A stretch of 64,000 nucleotides of DNA, from positions 33,914,001 to 33,978,000 of the forward strand of contig NC_043003.1 in the NCBI RefSeq assembly GCF_006345805.1. The letters are read 5' to 3'. The stretch comes from Octopus sinensis. Lineage: Eukaryota. The notes below the pieces were generated by a model, which saw nothing but the letters and a program-made list of their open reading frames with translations, ran no database searches and was not told the DNA's origin. Position numbers and translations under genes: made by a program. This document shows positions 1 to 12,440 of the stretch, piece by piece (within the stretch, counting starts at the first letter, position 1; every line of letters begins with the position of its first letter).

Positions 1-207
1 AGTGCTCAGCCCCTTGCACGTTAATAAATGAGCTGCAACGTCACTGGTGCCAAGCTGTATCAGCCTTTGCCTTTCCCTTGGATAACATCGGTGGCGTGGA
101 GAGGAGAGGCCAGTATGCATGGGCAACTGCTGGTCTTCCATAAACTTGTACCTCGGAGGGTAACTTTCTTGGTGCAATCCCATGGTCATTCATGACCGAA
201 GGGGGTC
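1..207 (+). mobile_element. Probable 3' part of a dispersed SINE/RTE-tail-like repeat, cut by the window edge
   Basis: GC-richer non-coding block that resembles, from memory only, a common octopus dispersed repeat; no second copy in the window to confirm. Confidence 0.25.
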
Positions 208-724
208 ACAGCAAAAATGTATCTAGGAATGCATAACATGAGAAGCCTCGCATTCATGTTCCATGCAGTCGACATTCGTATTGTAGGGCCAGCGGTGAGG
301 AATGTAGTCCTGACGTTTGAAACCAGTTTCCTTACACCTTTGCGAATTTGCTATTGGTTTACAGTGATACTGTGAGGATTAGGCTGTTATTTCTTGTATT
401 TTGTGAGACTACATAGACTCATATTTGTATTTCGTCGCGTATTTAGGCTCATCCTAATTGTACATACAGGTCCCGTTCATATGTGTATATTAATGGGTTA
501 TGTAACTTCCGTGTTATATTCGATATTGTATGCTATGTCATATATTTCTAAGCTTAAGTTTATTTTATCTAAGTTTATTCAGTAACCTATACGTTTCTTT
601 CTTTCTTTTTTTTTCTCTCAGAATCATAACCTCGGCTCTAAGCAAATATAATTGATACATAGAAATGTTAGAAGAAATTATTTTTACCTAATAATTGACG
701 GTATTTTCGAACTGATATAGATTT

Positions 725-930
725 CACATTTTTGGCACAATGCCAGTACTTTCGTGAGGAGGGGTTAGTCGATTACATCGACCCCAGCACTCAACAGATA
801 TTTAATTTATCGACTCCGAAAGGATGAAAGCAAAGTCGACCCCAGCGGCATTTGAACGCAGGAATTAAAGTCGATAAAAAGGCCACAAAGCATTTTATCT
901 AGCCCGGTAAAATCCAGCCAGCTAGCCGTC
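725..930 (-). mobile_element. tRNA-derived SINE (octopus OK/OR-type family A), degenerate
   Basis: Contains GTTAGTCGATTACATCGACCCCAG...GAAAGGATGAAAG-CAAAGTCGAC...ATTTGAAC, shared with the full copies at 10459-10693 and 31644-31873. Confidence 0.75.
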
Positions 931-954
931 TTATTTTTGTACTAATATTGATTT

Positions 955-1155
955 CAAATATTGGCACAAGGCCAGGAATTTCGGGGGAGGAATTAAAACG
1001 ATTATATCAACTCTAGTATTCAACTGTCACTTAATTTATCAGCTGCGAAAGATGAAAGTTGACCTCGGTGGAATTTGAATTCCGAACTTGAAGACGGATG
1101 AAATGCCGCTAAGCATTTAGCCCAATAATATGCTAACGATTCTGCCGGTTCGTCA
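955..1155 (-). mobile_element. tRNA-derived SINE family A, degenerate
   Basis: Same motifs (gacctcggtggaatttgaa, gatgaaatgccgctaagcattt, gctaacgattctgcc) as other copies. Confidence 0.75.
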
Positions 1156-1599
1156 CTTTAATTTCAAAGTAATATTAACGTCAAATTCAAATCCATTCTG
1201 TAAGAAGTCTACCGAAAACTAACAACGGTAGAGCTAACATGTAGACGCCAACCCAGCAGTTGTTACTAGAATGATGTCTTATGGCAAACTGAGAACTGTT
1301 TAATATATGCAAAAACAGCAACAATAGCAGCAGTAAATACAATTGTGATATTATTATCGTCAACCTTATTAAAATCATCACGTTGTTGCGTTTGTTGTTA
1401 CTGTTGCTATTGTCGCTAGGACTGGACGCGTTGCAACTACTCTGTGAGTTATTGACTTCTTTCCGTTGCTATTTTTGTTTCCTTTTTTTTGTTGTTGTAT
1501 AATGAGTCATGTTTTGAGCAAACTATAAGGATCTGAAGAAAAGTTATGGCTATTTGCCAGAAGAGGCGAAATTTGCAAAATAGAATAAGACTTTCTTTA

Positions 1600-3310
1600 C
1601 GAAATACTGTCTAAAATTTTCAATAGGGTGGAGGTATCTTCGCCAAACGGAGAGAGGACGATGGGAGGTAGTTTTGAAATCTAAATTTGCTTCCACACTC
1701 AATCTTCCTCGGCCGATATTACAAACATGGAAAGAGGTAGTAGTAGCAGCAGAATCAACAGTAACAACGTCATCACCACCTGTAAGATCAACAAGAACAT
1801 AAAAGAAAAAAGTATGTGGAAACAACGGTACCATTACAACCACCGCATCATAAATGCCTTCCGAAGTAGCGATAACGAACAAGAAAAACAAAAGAAAAAA
1901 GAAAATTCTTTACTCATAACATGTGAAAATTCAACTACCGCCACCACCACTAAACCATCATTAACACTAACACAGTCGCTGAAAACGACATGTACCACAA
2001 ATCAAGTGTTAATGGTTTCGCTGCTGCGGTGCATCAAATAGAAGAAAATGTAAAGCTGTCAATGGATGAGTTAAAAAACGCAAGAAGGCTGTTAAACGTG
2101 GAAGAAGGCTTACTCTTAAAACTCCTGAAGCTATTGTACAGGACACACTCAGAAAAACATATAAAATTAATCCTAACAACAAGCAAGAAAATTGCAACAA
2201 AGCTGCGTGATATGTGACATGCGCATTGCATTTTTATTCTTCTCTTCCGTTTTACGAATTCAATGTACACATGTGCATTGCGTGTTCATACTTCGCTTTC
2301 CGATTCCTACTGAAACCTTTTACCAGTCAAAAGCATCTCAAGGGCTTGTTATCGTGAGTAGCGCTTCGCGCTCCGATGACTGTGAGAAGACACACAATGC
2401 CATAAAAAATAAATATCCTGAAGGAGTAAAGGATTTCAGGAGAAATATCAACAAAATATTGAATAAGAACATCTCGTAGAAACATCCACATACAACCATG
2501 GGGACAGAACGCCCATCCCTACCTCGCCTACAGAATTACTGCCAGTAACATTTTTCGCTTCTATTTCATGGCCTTGCTCACATTAGGCAGTATAAATGCA
2601 TGTGGTCTCGTGTCGCCTTGGAAACAAGGCCATCTAAACAACGACCTCTGGTCACTAATTGTCAATGTCATGACTGTTAGTGAAACCAGACTCCCTGGCC
2701 GACGAGCTTTCATGCCCATTTTTCGCTGGATGCGAGATTTATGTATTACCATGTCAATCAGGAATAAGAGATGGAATTGCAATATTGTTCTGGAGAGGTC
2801 TGTATCTCAAGATGAGGATTACGTTCCTGGACCTAGATGCGATATGTATTGATGGGGGAGCTTTCAGACATGTGACTGTTTATGCTCCGACAGATGCAGG
2901 ACAACCTGATTTCTTCAAGTGTCTGAAGGTTTTTGTAGGAATGTCTCGACCTTTAGTGTTACTGGGCGATTGGGACGCCGTTTTGGAGAGCCATGTTTGG
3001 ACCGTGCACGACTAGAATATAGAAGAGGGAGGGGCAAAATACTCGCAAACCTGCTCATACATTTCCAAGTGTCTGATAGGTACCGACTAGATTTCCTGAA
3101 TGTGTCTCTATGGACATGGACAAATCGCATTGAGTCGCCCAGTTCTTATCTAACTAGATAGGATATTCTGTAGGCCAGTTGATAAAGTCGTCCACTTTTC
3201 AAAATCCTCAGCTACACAGACCAGAAATTTGTGATCTGTACAGTTGACCAGATAGGCTTAGAATGTAAGGGAGAAAGTTACTGAAAGATGAACACGTCTC
3301 TCCTGGTGTG
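1600..3310 (+). mobile_element. Old degenerate Tx1/L1-clade LINE remnant (ORF1 pieces + AP endonuclease)
   Basis: MALLTLGSINACGLVSPWKQGHLNND...SETRL, VYAPT...FFKCLKVFVGMSRPLVLLGDWDA and SDRYRLD...WTWTNR match ORF2 at 49581. GFAAAVHQIEENVKLSMDELKNARRLL and IKNKYPEGVKDFRRNI match ORF1 NFAEAIKEKVTKVSFTTQQIKDCRNLI and LKALFPNAVGGFQKYL. Many frameshifts. Confidence 0.85.
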
Positions 3311-3599
3311 GTGATAAAAATAATTAGCATTTCCAATTTATTCGAAATAATTCCAGGTAACTAAATAATACGAATCTTTGTTGTGAATACCTTTCCGTTC
3401 CAGTAATAAAGCCAATTAATTTTTTCGTAGACGAGAAATAGCATCTCACTCACAAATAAAGAATGGAACGGTCAAAGATTTCTTGTTTTGGAAATTCCTA
3501 AAACGACATAATGCTAATTGTTTGTTATGTTCTAAATAGCTAAAACTAAACAATTCTAATTGATTATTGCTTTATTACCTTTCAATTTCAAGTCCTTTT

Positions 3600-5800
3600 C
3601 TTTTTTTTTTTTGTCTTGAACACGGGAATTTTTTCTCTTGATCCGATTCAACTCCTAATGAAACCGTTTCGACCGTTCTCATCACAAACATTAGATGATG
3701 CTTCAGTCACGATTTTTTCATATCTCTCCACAGCTTGGGTGTGGCACGGTAATTTTTTCCAGTTGCATCAAATGCCACTGTTGAATGAAGGTATCGATTT
3801 CTTCATCAGAAAACGGCTGTGTTAGAGGTGGTTCAGAAACTGCCAGTTAATTATTTCTATGTAGTTTGAGGCAACAAATTCTAGGGTAGGAATTTTGAAA
3901 GATCGCACAGTTTTCCCTTTATACTGTGTTCGAGCCTGCTTTATACGCCTCCATACTAGTTCTCGAATAGGGCTCCGTTCATCATTTATCATGACCAGTA
4001 AAATATTTTCCGGGTGCGCAAAGAAAGCATTCTGTTGTATAACTGGAAATACAATGTCTTGTACCGCTTGATCCATTTCTCTCGAAGACTCAAGCATCTT
4101 GATTACATTTAGAGCCCAATTTTCCGAAGAAGATTTGCGTTTAATTGTGAACGACATTGGCACATAAACTTTCCTTAAGTAAGCAACAATTAATTTCAAC
4201 ATGTTACTATTCTCGGTGGCAACATACAACCGTAGCATATGATTTGCAGTTGTAAGCCATTGAGAATGCACCATTTTACCGGGTTCCCTAATGCCATTTC
4301 AGATGAACATTTCTCTTCAGAAACAGATTCCTGGATATCAAGAAGGTATTTTTGATCAGTGCTGAGATCGTTTATGTCTACTGATGGTAAGTCCATTGGA
4401 ATCTGATTAATTTTCGCAACACTTCATGTTTTACGTCATCCAGTTTCTCACCAATCGGCCCAAGAAATCCATGAGGTTCGGTAATTTTTCCATCGAGATC
4501 GTTAATAAGATGGCGTAAGGGAAGCTCATTTGCGTGGAGCTGACACAAAAACCAATGCAATGGTTTCTTCAGTTTAACCTCCAAAAGTTTAATGGTGCCT
4601 CCTTTTGGTCCTGTATTGACTGCAATACCATCGCAACCTACAGCTGTCTTGTGATTGATTATTATTTCATTGGCTTCCAAATAATTCAACAAGCAATCGG
4701 AAATGGCTTTTGCAGAACTCGTTTTAACAGTAAAGTGCCCAAGATAGCAGATTCTTCTATCAATGACATGTGTTCTTGAACTGTTTTCTTACGAAATGTT
4801 TTTCCCATTTGTTCACTTATGAGTATTGTGTCCCTACATACATCAAAATACACGGCATACATTGGTTTATGTAGCCGACATTCCTGCTGCAGGGATCTAC
4901 GTTTCCTGGATCTTTCCCGCCTTAGCTTCGATTTGTCTATAACGAAAGAACATTCGCTTACCGTTTGGTCGCTGATGACGGAACTTGTAGAAGAGCAGCA
5001 GCACGGTCTGACACACCGGTGCGATCACATGCAGAACCTTATTCTGGGAATTTCATTCGTTTGATTGCTGGTTTTGAACATACGCTTTTGCAGACGTCTT
5101 TTCGCTTTATGGAAAATGGAATTGGAAAATCTTCATCTTCGCCCGCTGATACATTTCCAGATTCACTGCTTGATGAAAACGCTATCAATTTAGAATCATT
5201 TGCTGACGTAGAAGGGCGACTATGATCTAGCCGATTATTTCTAATCAACCTCAGAACATTCTGTTTAGATATTGCTTGATCTATTCCGCCAATGATCGTT
5301 TTTCGATTTGTCCGTTGATCCTGAAAATAAATTTCTTTTTTTTTTTTCTCTGTAGTGCTTTTTTGTCTCTACTACAACTGCAGTTTTTAAAGGAGTTGCA
5401 CTTGCAACAGGAAATGTCAAAAATTCCTTTGTTGCATTGTTTTTAAACGCATTACACTTTGAAACGCTGGCAAATTTTTCCTATTTTTCACAGGCTTTAG
5501 TAATGCTTGGTACTTCAGATAAAAGTTTAAGATTTTCGGTTTAACTAACTCGATCGTAACAAAAGGGTTGAATGCCTTTTGCCAAAGAAGAATTATCGTT
5601 TCTGCCACAATCTTGATACTTTGTTTAACTGAAGGATCTTTGTTAACTACATTCTCTTCTTTTTCTCGTTCAAATAAAACACATTTCAGTATGCCCTTGT
5701 AAGTCGGCAAAATTTGCACGCTAGGATCACATGGAGTACTAAATACTGGGCATTCAGTATCATGACACGTCATTGGCTTATGAGTTATCACTAAATGCAT
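3600..5800 (-). pseudogene. Degenerate hAT-superfamily (hATm/hATx-like) DDE transposase
   Basis: Collinear fragments: TECPVFSTP..LPTYKG (5417-5800), VSDRAAA..IDKSKLRRER..VYFD, VGCDGIAVNTG..LHWFLCQLHANELPLRHL with CxxH (4378-4692), WLTTANHMLRLY..NAFFAHPENILL (3822-4274) and PCHTQAVER with the catalytic E (~3730-3760). TIRs not identified; subgroup uncertain. Confidence 0.8.
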
Positions 5801-6433
5801 ACAACACTAAATTTAACATAATCATTAATTTTAATGCAAAGGTCTAAAGTCAAGAGACAAAAGAGAAAACTTCACACACATACGACGTACGTTACACGCA
5901 AGGACCGTTGCAACGGCACTAGAGGGATGTTCACACTCCCGTTCTCTTTATAGTCAATGCGGAACCTCAAGTCAATTGTATTGAACATTGATATGCAAAC
6001 TTGTAAGGATACTATATTCACTGTTCTGCATTCTGCTATGTAGATTTATGTATATGTTACGACTTATAATCCAAGAAATACAAAATTCGATCAAAAATAG
6101 TGATTTTTAAAATTTACAATTGCATTGAGGAGTCTCAAAGCAATATTCAACCGCAAAGATATTTACACACCTTCTCTTAACTCTAATTCGCAACAAAATA
6201 TCGATTCTTGCTTACCAGTTTCGAATATTCCAGAAATTCTTCATGTAAGATTCTTATATGAATAGATACTCACACTTGGCTGCATGCATCAACAGTTCAA
6301 CCAACACATCAACTCAACCACATATTTACAAACACTGGGAACTCTCTTAACTCAAAAATTATTTGTTAGCAACCGGCTTGAACTTGCTCAATAACTTAAA
6401 TTAAACTAAAAGAAAAACCAGTTAGTCATACAA

Positions 6434-6436
<3 letters not shown>

Positions 6437-6502
<66 letters not shown>
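6437..6502. repeat. (TA)n microsatellite
   Basis: Pure TA run. Many other TA/CA/GT runs occur, e.g. 7050-7140, 7625-7820, 8525-8660, 9120-9480, 15340-15460, 33390-33620, 37610-37735, 52845-53460. Confidence 0.98.
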
Positions 6503-6506
<4 letters not shown>

Positions 6507-6741
6507 TCGCTGTGTTACAGGTTAAGATAACAATTTAAGGAATAGAAGTATCCACTACAATACCGTTATATCACCTATGTTTAACAAAGGGTATTCATAT
6601 GCAAACATTATGCTCATAGATTATAAGTAAACACAAAGGTAAGCTTGAGGTTATCAAGAATCAAAATTGTAAGAAAACAGAAAATGGAGAAATATCGATG
6701 AACAACAGTTGACTTACATCAATTATTATTTATTACTTCAA

Positions 6742-6960
6742 GTCGGTAAGCTGGCAGAAAAGTTAACACGCCGGGCGAAATGCTTAGCGTTATTTCGTCT
6801 CTCTTTACGTTCTGAGTTCAAATTCTGCCGAGGTCGACTTTGCCTTTCATCCTTTCGAGGTCGATAAATTACGTACCAGTTGCATACTGGCGTCGATCTA
6901 ATCCATTAGCCTCCTTCCCTGAAATTTCGGGCCTTGTGACTAGAGTAGAAAAGATTATTT
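6742..6960 (+). mobile_element. tRNA-derived SINE family A
   Basis: gctggcagaaa-gttaacacgccgggcgaaatgcttagc...gagttcaaat (B-box-like)...gaggtcgactttgcctttcatcctttcg. Confidence 0.9.
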
Positions 6961-7045
6961 ATTAATTCAATTATTAAGTAGTATACCGGTAGTGTAATAG
7001 ATACTTCTGTCCCTTAGACAGTTATTTTAACCTCTGACTCTGCTA

Positions 7046-7134
<89 letters not shown>

Positions 7135-7250
7135 TCAATATAGATATATTCAACTTACGATGAAAGGAAACAAAGTTTGCTTCAGAAGCATTGATTTATT
7201 CACAAACGCGTGATTATGCGATTAAAATAGTATGAAACGGATATGTTCTA

Positions 7251-7576
7251 CATATATTGCAGAAAAATACGTTACCGGCCAGCTATGGGACTCGAACTCA
7301 CATACCCGCGATTACGCACCAAGTGCTTTAACTTTAAGCTAAACTGCTCAGTAACGAATTCTTCAGAAATTTTAGGATTTGAAAATGTAGCTTTATAAGA
7401 AGCTAACGTTAAATTCAAATTTAGCTTCTTAATAAAGCTAGATTTATAAATCCTAAAATTTCAGAAGAATTCGTGGTTGGGCAGTTTAGCTTCAAGGTAA
7501 AACACTTGACGCTAATCACAGGGATGTGAGTTCGAGTCTCATGGCTGGCCGGTAACGTATTTTTCTACAATATATG
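7251..7576. repeat. ~325-bp imperfect palindrome made of two outward-facing tRNA-like heads
   Basis: 7251-7303 is the reverse complement of 7524-7576 with 3 mismatches; complementarity continues inward to a centre near 7413. Confidence 0.92.
7479..7550 (+). other. tRNA-like Pol III module (pseudo-tRNA/SINE head) in the right arm; mirror copy on minus in the left arm
   Basis: A-box-like TAGCTTCAAGGTAA and B-box GTTCGAGTC in a T-arm TGAG-TTCGAGT-CTCA, followed by T5 at 7560-7564. The acceptor and anticodon stems are imperfect, so this is not called a tRNA gene. Confidence 0.6.
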
Positions 7577-7709
7577 GATAATTTAGCCTGTTCATGCAAC
7601 CATAGCAATGTTGCTGAGGCTTAAGCTATGCAACGTGTATGTATATATATATATACACGTATATATATATATATATACACACACACATATATATATATAT
7701 ACAAGTATG

Positions 7710-7742
<33 letters not shown>

Positions 7743-8561
7743 ATTCATATATATATTCATATATACATAAGTATATTTACATACTTACATCTATGCGAAA
7801 ATATATATACATATGTGGACAATAAAAAATACGAAGTACGAGTACATAGAATATGAATTATTCTTTTCGAACAACGATAAACACAAATAGAAAAGAAGAC
7901 AAAGAACATAAAGAACGATCCTTCATCAGTTCTTGGCTGTTTTTCTACTCTCGTATTTCGAGTATTTCACAACAAGATACGCTTTCAATAAGACAGATTC
8001 TCTCGCAAAGTAAATTAAATTTTGAAATAAATAAATAAAAATAAAATTTGGGATTATTACTGGGTAACAAAAACAGGACAATGAAAACAAGCAGGAAGGA
8101 CTTCTAAGCTTAAATGAGGTTGCGGTGGTGAAGGCGTAAATCAAACTTGGACAGGAGACAAACAAGAACACGTCTTCCTTGATCCAGCTACAACGCAGGG
8201 AAACACAAGTTAGGAGAAGAAATATGGTCGATGGTCGATGGTCATGTGGGAGCCACGTGAGCAAGGGAATGAGGGAGAGAGAGTGACAGACAGAGAACTG
8301 TGAAAGGGAGAGGAAAGTTTGGAGATAGCACAAGTGAGAAAAAAGGAGGGGGAGAAGGGAAGCTAGAAGAATAAGAGAAAGGAAGAGAGAAAAAACGAAA
8401 AAGTAATAGGATAGTAAAAATAATAAGGTAAAAGAATTAGAGAGAGGAAGAGAGGAAAACGAAACACTAAATCAAGCTTGGACAGGAGACAGACAAGAAT
8501 ACGTCTATATAATACCAAGATAACACACACTCACACACACAAAAAACACCACACATACACA

Positions 8562-8599
<38 letters not shown>

Positions 8600-8945
8600 T
8601 ATATATATACCGCACACAGTTGTATATATAGATGTATGTATGTATGTATATAAAAATGTATGTATGCTTGCGTGTTTTTGTATATAGGCTCACAAACACA
8701 AGTCTTCACATTGATGTACAGAAATTTGACCATACAGATGCGGGCACATATATGCACAAAATATGTAAGAATGTCATACACAGTTGCATAAGTATATCAA
8801 CATATATACTCAAAGTCATACAAATGTATGCATATCAATAAATATTGACAAGCGAAAGCATGTACAATTACTTCGGAACACACAATGGCTAGCGATCTCA
8901 TCTGACTGAAAATGCACGTAGGAAAATATTTGGATAAAGTTACAC

Positions 8946-9018
<73 letters not shown>

Positions 9019-9043
9019 CATATCTATCTATCTACATATCTAT

Positions 9044-9083
<40 letters not shown>
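8946..9083. repeat. (TCTA)n tetranucleotide microsatellite
   Basis: Direct reading. Confidence 0.98.
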
Positions 9084-9163
9084 ATGTCTAACTATCTATC
9101 CAAATACACACAAACACAGATATATATATATATACATAAATATATCTGTGTTTGTGTGTATTT

Positions 9164-9219
<56 letters not shown>

Positions 9220-9362
9220 TATGCATGTACCTATGTATGTATATATGTAGGTATGTAGGTATGTATGAGCGTGCGTGTGACTGTATTTATATATACATGT
9301 ATTCATATACGCATAAGCTTTAAATATGTATCTACTCATATCTATACACATATATATGTATG

Positions 9363-9481
<119 letters not shown>

Positions 9482-9780
9482 TTTGATGCTCTTACGTTAC
9501 TAGTTTTAACTTGATAGTAAGATCGAATTGTGGATTTAACAAGCTACTTACTTCTACGTATTCCAAATATAAATCATCCAAAATACTTGTCAGAAAATCA
9601 ATAGAATCTTGACTTTTTTTTTGTACGTAAGCCCCTTCCAAGTTGCACCAGTTTTCTCCCAGAAAAGGCTTCTAGAAACATCTTTTTGGCTAACAACAAT
9701 ATCATATTTTTAGCAGTTTACGTAATACAGACCTTACTGGAAATCTTAGACCAAACAATCGAAAATAAAATAAACCATTA

Positions 9781-9812
9781 CTAAATAGCTATACTCCTCC
9801 TCCTCCTTCTAT

Positions 9813-9845
<33 letters not shown>

Positions 9846-9907
9846 CACTACTACTACCACCACCACCACCACCACCACCACCACCACTACCACTACTACT
9901 ACTACTG

Positions 9908-9986
<79 letters not shown>

Positions 9987-10190
9987 TAATACTAATACTG
10001 CTGCTACTGCACCTTCTGCTTCTTCCTTTTCTACCTTTTCTTCCACTTCTTTTTCTTTTTCTTCTTCTTCTTCTTCTTCTGTTGCTGCTGCTGTTGCAAC
10101 TTCTGCTGCTGCTGATGATGATGATGACGACGACGACGACGACGATAAGTGTAACAACAAAAATAACATGGATATTTCTAAGTATCATTT
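9781..10190. repeat. Compound trinucleotide microsatellite (CTA, CCA, TAA, CTG, TTC, ATG, ACG)
   Basis: Direct reading; explains the poly-S/G/V/L/E ORFs. Confidence 0.97.
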
Positions 10191-10458
10191 GATATGATGA
10201 TAATTTTCAATATACACATAAGGCTGTAATTTTAGTAATGTGTCATGAAACTGAATAAAACAGCACTATTGAACTAGTACATATTTTTATCGAACTCGGA
10301 GCGATGAGAAATTAGGTTCGAACCAAAAGGGGTATCACTTACGAAGTTTAAATGCATAGAACGATTCGTTGTATCTGCATACAATCTCATATTGCAAATG
10401 CAAAACAGAAGGCAAGTACTCTAGTTCTTATTAGCAATGTACGTTATATTATAGAATA

Positions 10459-10693
10459 CCTATTTCTTTACTACCCACAAGGGGCTAAACACAGAGGGGA
10501 CAAACAAGGACAGACAAACGGATTAAGTCGATTACATCGACCCCAGTGCGTAACTGGTACTTAATTTATCGAACCCGAAAGGATGAAAGGCAAAGTCGAC
10601 CTCGGCGGAATTTGAACTCAAGAACGTAACGGCAGACGAAATACGGCCACGCATTTCGCCCGGCGTGCTTAACGTTTCTGCCAGCTCGCCGCC
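10459..10693 (-). mobile_element. Full-length tRNA-derived SINE family A
   Basis: Reverse complement begins GGCGGCGAGCTGGCAGAAAC and ends GTGGGTAGTAAAGAAATAGG; near-identical by eye to 31644-31873. Confidence 0.93.
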
Positions 10694-10869
10694 TTTTTAT
10701 TATAGAATACCCCATGGATTGATATGAATACCGTTGGCATATGTTTTATGCTAATACGTAAGGAGACCAGTATAGCTCTTGCATCGGAAGCGGTGTCTTT
10801 GCAAATGTGTAATACCTAGCAAGTATTCCCTTTTTGCTGTGATGAATAAAAGATTAATACATTCAAATG

Positions 10870-11078
10870 ATCAAAATGTGACCTCGTGTGTACCGTTGGC
10901 GATTTTTTTTCCTCTGTCTTCCCTTCTCTGGATCTTTCCTTCTCCTATGTTTCCGACAAAGAGCTCCGCTCGAAACGTTAACGCCTCCTTCTTTCCTTCT
11001 TTCCTGAGCGTCCAATAATACTATATTTGTTCCACGTCCTCGCGTTGTTGTGTTTTTTGTGCTTTCTTGTTTGGATTA

Positions 11079-11085
<7 letters not shown>
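10870..11085 (+). mobile_element. Non-autonomous Penelope-like tail repeat with a degenerate minimal hammerhead-like motif (10949-10982)
   Basis: GTTT-CCGACAA-A-GAGC-TCC-GCTC-GAAAC-GT-T-AAC; the element ends in (TA)n. Confidence 0.6.
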
Positions 11086-11122
<37 letters not shown>

Positions 11123-11129
11123 AATTTAT

Positions 11130-11305
11130 CTTATCTTTCACTTGTTTCAATCATTAGACTGAAATTTTAGTCTAATTTATCGACCCCCATTCCTTTTTTA
11201 AAGCCTGTACTTATTCTATCAATGTCTCTCGCCGAACCGCTAAATTACGGGTACGTAAACGCACCAACATCGGTTGTCAAACGTTAATGGCGGGGACAAA
11301 CACAA
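11130..11305 (-). mobile_element. SINE family B, 3' half
   Basis: cttgtttcaatcatt..gtacttattctatc..gccgaaccgctaaattacggg..cgtaaac shared with 37380-37600. Confidence 0.8.
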
Positions 11306-11319
11306 TACGAAGACAGGCG

Positions 11320-11460
11320 GTGTACAAAACAAACAGATGTATTAGTATAACGCTCAGGAATAGAAAAGTCTTTTACGTTTTGAGCCTACGCTCTTCTACA
11401 GAAAGAGACACAGAAAAAACAAGGAGAGAAAAAAGTGTGTAGTGGCTAACGATCTATCAT
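11320..11460 (-). mobile_element. Penelope-like tail repeat with a minimal hammerhead-like motif (11369-11406)
   Basis: Same family as 52050-52255; minus strand TCTTT-CTGTAGA-A-GAGC-GTAG-GCTC-AAAAC-GT-A-AAAGA. Confidence 0.65.
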
Positions 11461-11475
11461 GGCATATATATATAT

Positions 11476-11518
<43 letters not shown>

Positions 11519-11519
11519 A

Positions 11520-12440
11520 CGGAAAGTAAAACAAAAAGATACAATTATAACAAGAAATATAACATTTATAATAGAGCAGACAAGGCTGAACGATTAAGAA
11601 GTTCCATTTTGGCGTATTCAGTGACAACAGTAGGACGAAAACTGTGCAGAAACTATAATGCTGGTAAAGACATTTCAAAACATGTAAATATATAATCAAG
11701 AAAAATAAGGTATTTGAAACAAATACCAAAATATTTTAGAAGACGTCACTAATTTTAAAACATAACTTGCCAGTGGAGGTTAAAGAATAATGGTTGAAAA
11801 TATGAAACAAAAACATTCCGCACAGAATTATAAGGGGAGGGAACACAAAATTTTCAATAATACCACAAGCATGACGCAGCATAATTAGACAAAAATTCAG
11901 CGCCGCGTTAATAATAATGACGAAGTCTAACTTTGTAGCTGAAATACCAATCAGGGATTATGAATTTGTTGTTACAAGATTTAATGAATTAGTAAACAGA
12001 CAAAAATTGTCACTCGACTGGTTACGAGGGAGAAAAACGAGACCGCCAAAGCTACAACCGAATAACACAAAGACCTCTTAAATATGCATTCTATAACAGG
12101 CTCGATTCTCATCAGGAAAATAATAATATCTAACCAGAACCAAATTTCTAAACTGACTGTGAAACGGAAGGTCGAATTTTAAATACACATAATGAATGCT
12201 TAGCAACACAGAAATTATAATAAGATATTAATGAAACAAAAGCTTATACCAAGGGCAAAGTATGTAACCAGTACAATGAAACAATTATACAAATTATTTC
12301 TAACTGCACAACCCTTGCAAAATCAGAATATCGTTGCTAATGTAATCGGACTCGAAATTATGTCTGTTGGGCTATAAAGCGATTCATCGACATGAAAACT
12401 GATAGGAAATGGTAAAGATATGGTTCCAATAACCTTGGAC
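11520..12440 (+). mobile_element. Highly degenerate R4/Dong-type LINE remnant
   Basis: Traces of KAERLR...KVFETNTK, and near 12260-12420 CNQYNETIIQIISNCTTLAKSEY..YVCWAI..KW (CCHC region of RLE LINEs). Confidence 0.55.

Noticed and set aside
3305-6175. GGTGTG...CACACC as TIRs of the hAT-like element
   Set aside because: Only 6 bp match and no convincing 8-bp TSD.
7479-7550. Functional tRNA gene
   Set aside because: Acceptor and anticodon stems do not pair well, and the two mirror copies disagree at the anticodon.
8138-8506. 39-bp direct repeat taaatcaa.cttggacaggagaca
   Set aside because: Likely internal to a common dispersed repeat; could not assign a function.
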